Part shown: positions 61,874 through 64,000 of the stretch, piece by piece
Numbering within the stretch: position 1 is the first letter of the stretch
Layout: every line of letters starts with the position of its first letter
Assembly: GCA_003971905.1 (NCBI GenBank)
Contig: RSEE01000042.1
Location: 62,001 to 126,000 of the forward strand
DNA: 64,000 nt
Direction of reading: 5' to 3'
Origin: Moniliella sp. 'wahieum'
Taxonomy: Eukaryota
Made by a program: the position numbers and the translations under genes
Notes under the pieces: generated by a model
What the model saw: the letters and a program-made list of their open reading frames with translations, nothing else
Told to the model about the DNA's origin: nothing
Databases searched by the model: none

Positions 61874-62010
61874 TGTCGGAGGAGATCTGTCCAGCGGTCT
61901 GCTACCGGTGAGAAGGGGGATGGTTGACTGGGAATGAATTACTGGGGGCAGAAGCCTCCGGAATAAACCGGAGGCTAAATGGGCTGGGCCGCAGGTGACG
62001 ACACTCAACA
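61874..62010 (-). repeat. 5' LTR (137 bp)
   Basis: TGTCGG...TCAACA; adjacent to the PBS. Confidence 0.95.
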
Positions 62011-62537
62011 CAATTGCGTCTTTGTTTCCTTTCAATTAGGGATTCAAGTCCTGCCTCCACGTCCTGCCTTGCCCCGCCCCAAAGGCAAGAGCTTCAACTG
62101 GGCTTTGCCTACCTTCCCACCCTGGGGGAAGACTGCCAAGTAGGTTCCATATCATCACATCTGCTTTGCTTTGCTCGCCACTACTTACACCTCGATGCCC
62201 AGCTGCGGTTCCCATACGTCCATGGGGGTCGGCCCAAAAGGCCAGGATGCGATTGAATGTGCATGTGGATGTGCATATGTGCCAAAGCACAACAACCATC
62301 TCTAGGGCTAGGCCACGAGCCGATACGCAGCAGTGGATCGACCGTCGCATCGGCCCGGGAGCAAGCGGGACAAAAGCGTAAGCAGCGAAAAAAGGATTCG
62401 GCGCTGGTTCTGTCTTTTGGTTTTGTGATAAGAGGAGGGGGAGAGGGGGGCTAGGGTACGAGGGACCCAAAAGACCCCGCGGGCACATTCACACCTCCCG
62501 CCCCAGTAAGCCAAGCGGATCCGTACCGGTCCACCAC

Positions 62538-62975
62538 TTAGTTCGACACGGAGCTGAGCAAGTCCGAGTCGCCGGCGTCGGTAACGGCGAGCACACTGTA
62601 ATTCACATCGTGTCAGTCCACTGGGGCCGCCAAGCCTCAAAACAAAACCAAGGAAGGAAAGGAAAGGAAACAGAACGATTCCGGGACCCAACGTACCCAA
62701 CGCGGAAGAGTTTACCGGCAGCGGTGCCAAGAGCGACGTTGGAGCCCTGGTAGTGGTGGACCAAGGTCTTGGACAGCATGGCGTAGTACTCCAGCTCCGA
62801 CTTGCGCAGCGGCGGGGTGTTGGCCGAGATGAGGACAAGCTTGGCCTTGCCACTGCGCAAGGTCTTGAGCGTGCTGGCGTACCCCAGTTGCATTACCCGA
62901 CTTCATGACAAGCTGCAGCTTGCCATTGATGTTCTCCTGCGTGGAGGTCTTCTTCTTGTTGCTCACAGGCGCCAT
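62538..62975 (-). CDS. RPL30: 60S ribosomal protein eL30
   Basis: [62 protein letters not shown]; intron 62696-62596 gives [13 protein letters not shown]. Confidence 0.97.
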
Positions 62976-62982
62976 TCTTGCA

Positions 62983-63441
62983 CTGCTCAACGACAACAAA
63001 ACCAAACAAAAAGGTAGTTAGTTCTTCCATCCCGGTCACCAGTCTTCGGCGATAGCAGGACTTTGGCCAACAGCCTGCGCACAGCCACCCAGATCTCCAT
63101 CCGCCACCCCCTCCTGCCCCGTATCCTGTGCCCATGCCACGGCTACGTTCCCATTGGCCCACCACAGGCCGATCACGAGGCCGTGTGAGCACATCCTGGT
63201 CCCGCGGAATTGGACAGCCGGACAGCAGGACAGCAGGACAGCAGGACAGTAGGACAGCCGGACAGAAGGGCAGCCAAACAGAAGGGGCAGGGCAGCAGGA
63301 CAGTAGGACAGCCGGACGAAGGGCAGCCAAACAGAAGGGCAGCAGGGCAGCAGGGCAGCAGGACAGCAGGACAGTAGGAAGCAGGACAGCAGGACAGGAG
63401 GCGAGCGGCTGAGCAAACCGCCAGAGTCGGTCGATACTCAC
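62983..63441 (-). other. 5'-UTR intron of RPL30 (459 nt) containing a (CTGTCCTG)-like repeat tract
   Basis: GTGAGT donor at 63441, AACTAAC branch point, T-rich tract and CAG acceptor 7 nt before the ATG. Confidence 0.75.
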
Positions 63442-64000
63442 GAGTTTGTCGGTCCGGTCGGGAGCGTTGAGGAGATGGGCAGCAGAGAGGAGCGGTGACC
63501 CCGCTGGAAGACGGCGAGCAACCCTAAGGCTGGGTCATCCGCGGGGATTGGTGACCGGGACGGTGACTATGCTCAAGGTGCGCTGCATCGCCAGGCAAGG
63601 AAGACTGGCGCTAAGCTATCTTTGAAATAGTGTGCCGCAGCAACTGGGTCAACGCACCTAGTGCGGTTTACGCCGGAATTGCGCCAGCTTGGCTACACCG
63701 CCCCTGTGCTGTGCCGCATTGGTTTGCTGCGGATCGGGGGCCGCAAGGGCCCAGTCGGTGCGCAACGCAGGCTGGGCGAGCGGAACCAAGCGAGGCAGCA
63801 GCGGTGACTGCTGCTACCACACCACCTCGCACCCTTTTCCCCGGCGCGCTTACCCGGTACGTTGATCCCCCTTTGCCTGCTTAGGCTTTGTACGCCTTGG
63901 TGCCTTGCTGCTGCGGCGCTGTGGTGCTGTGATGCTGTTGGGGGCGACGCCGATGCGCTTGGATGTGCTCATCGCCTATCGCATTGTGCGCGCCGCGCAC

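Larger units (their letters stand above)
60166..62010 (-). mobile_element. Complete-ended, internally deleted Ty1/copia element (gag + RNase H remnant only)
   Basis: Two LTRs, TSD CAATT (60161-60165 and 62011-62015), PBS-like GGTTATCGAACCC (61873-61861), G-run PPT (60320-60330), gag-like frames 61765-60730 joined to AEYLA..EAIYIRNLL..IYCDS..KHFEIRHHFVRD..DTLTKPL. Confidence 0.95.

Noticed and set aside
63518..63570. Telo-box-like AACCCTAA and Homol-D-like TAGTCAC upstream of RPL30
   Set aside because: Single imperfect short matches; not supportable without comparing other ribosomal-protein promoters.
1..64000. Frameshifts in nearly every gene as programmed frameshifting or mass pseudogenisation
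   Set aside because: They also hit conserved housekeeping genes (RPL30, MRPL22, NUP160), fall mostly in homopolymer runs, and leave protein motifs otherwise intact, as expected for long-read indel errors.

Overview
GC-rich eukaryotic (fungal) genomic DNA, most consistent with a basidiomycete: sparse GT-AG introns with GTACGT/GTGAGT donors and CTRAC branch points, a Zn2Cys6 factor and a LIP-family lipase. Almost every gene is broken by 1-nt indels, mostly in homopolymer runs. This points to an unpolished long-read assembly, so gene models are stitched across frames and boundaries are approximate. The left ~24 kb is rich in retroelements: the 5' part of a Ty1/copia element with LTR and PBS, two diverged ~0.87 kb LTR copies flanking a low-GC island, and a truncated CRE-clade non-LTR element carrying a nested solo LTR. 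It also holds an expansin-like secreted protein and a polyol-type SDR. The right part holds RIC8, COX20, NUP160/120, a secreted lipase, a JMJD5-like JmjC protein, a Whi3/Scw1-like RRM protein, MRPL22, a Zn2Cys6 transcription factor and RPL30, plus a decayed eIF5 copy and a complete but internally deleted copia element (gag + RNase H only). The most notable observation is an intact, spliced 36-aa CxxC-x11-CxxC zinc-ribbon microprotein gene (52513-52812, minus) that the ORF track misses. Next are a candidate gag-pol stop-codon readthrough signal in the copia element and the eIF5 relic.
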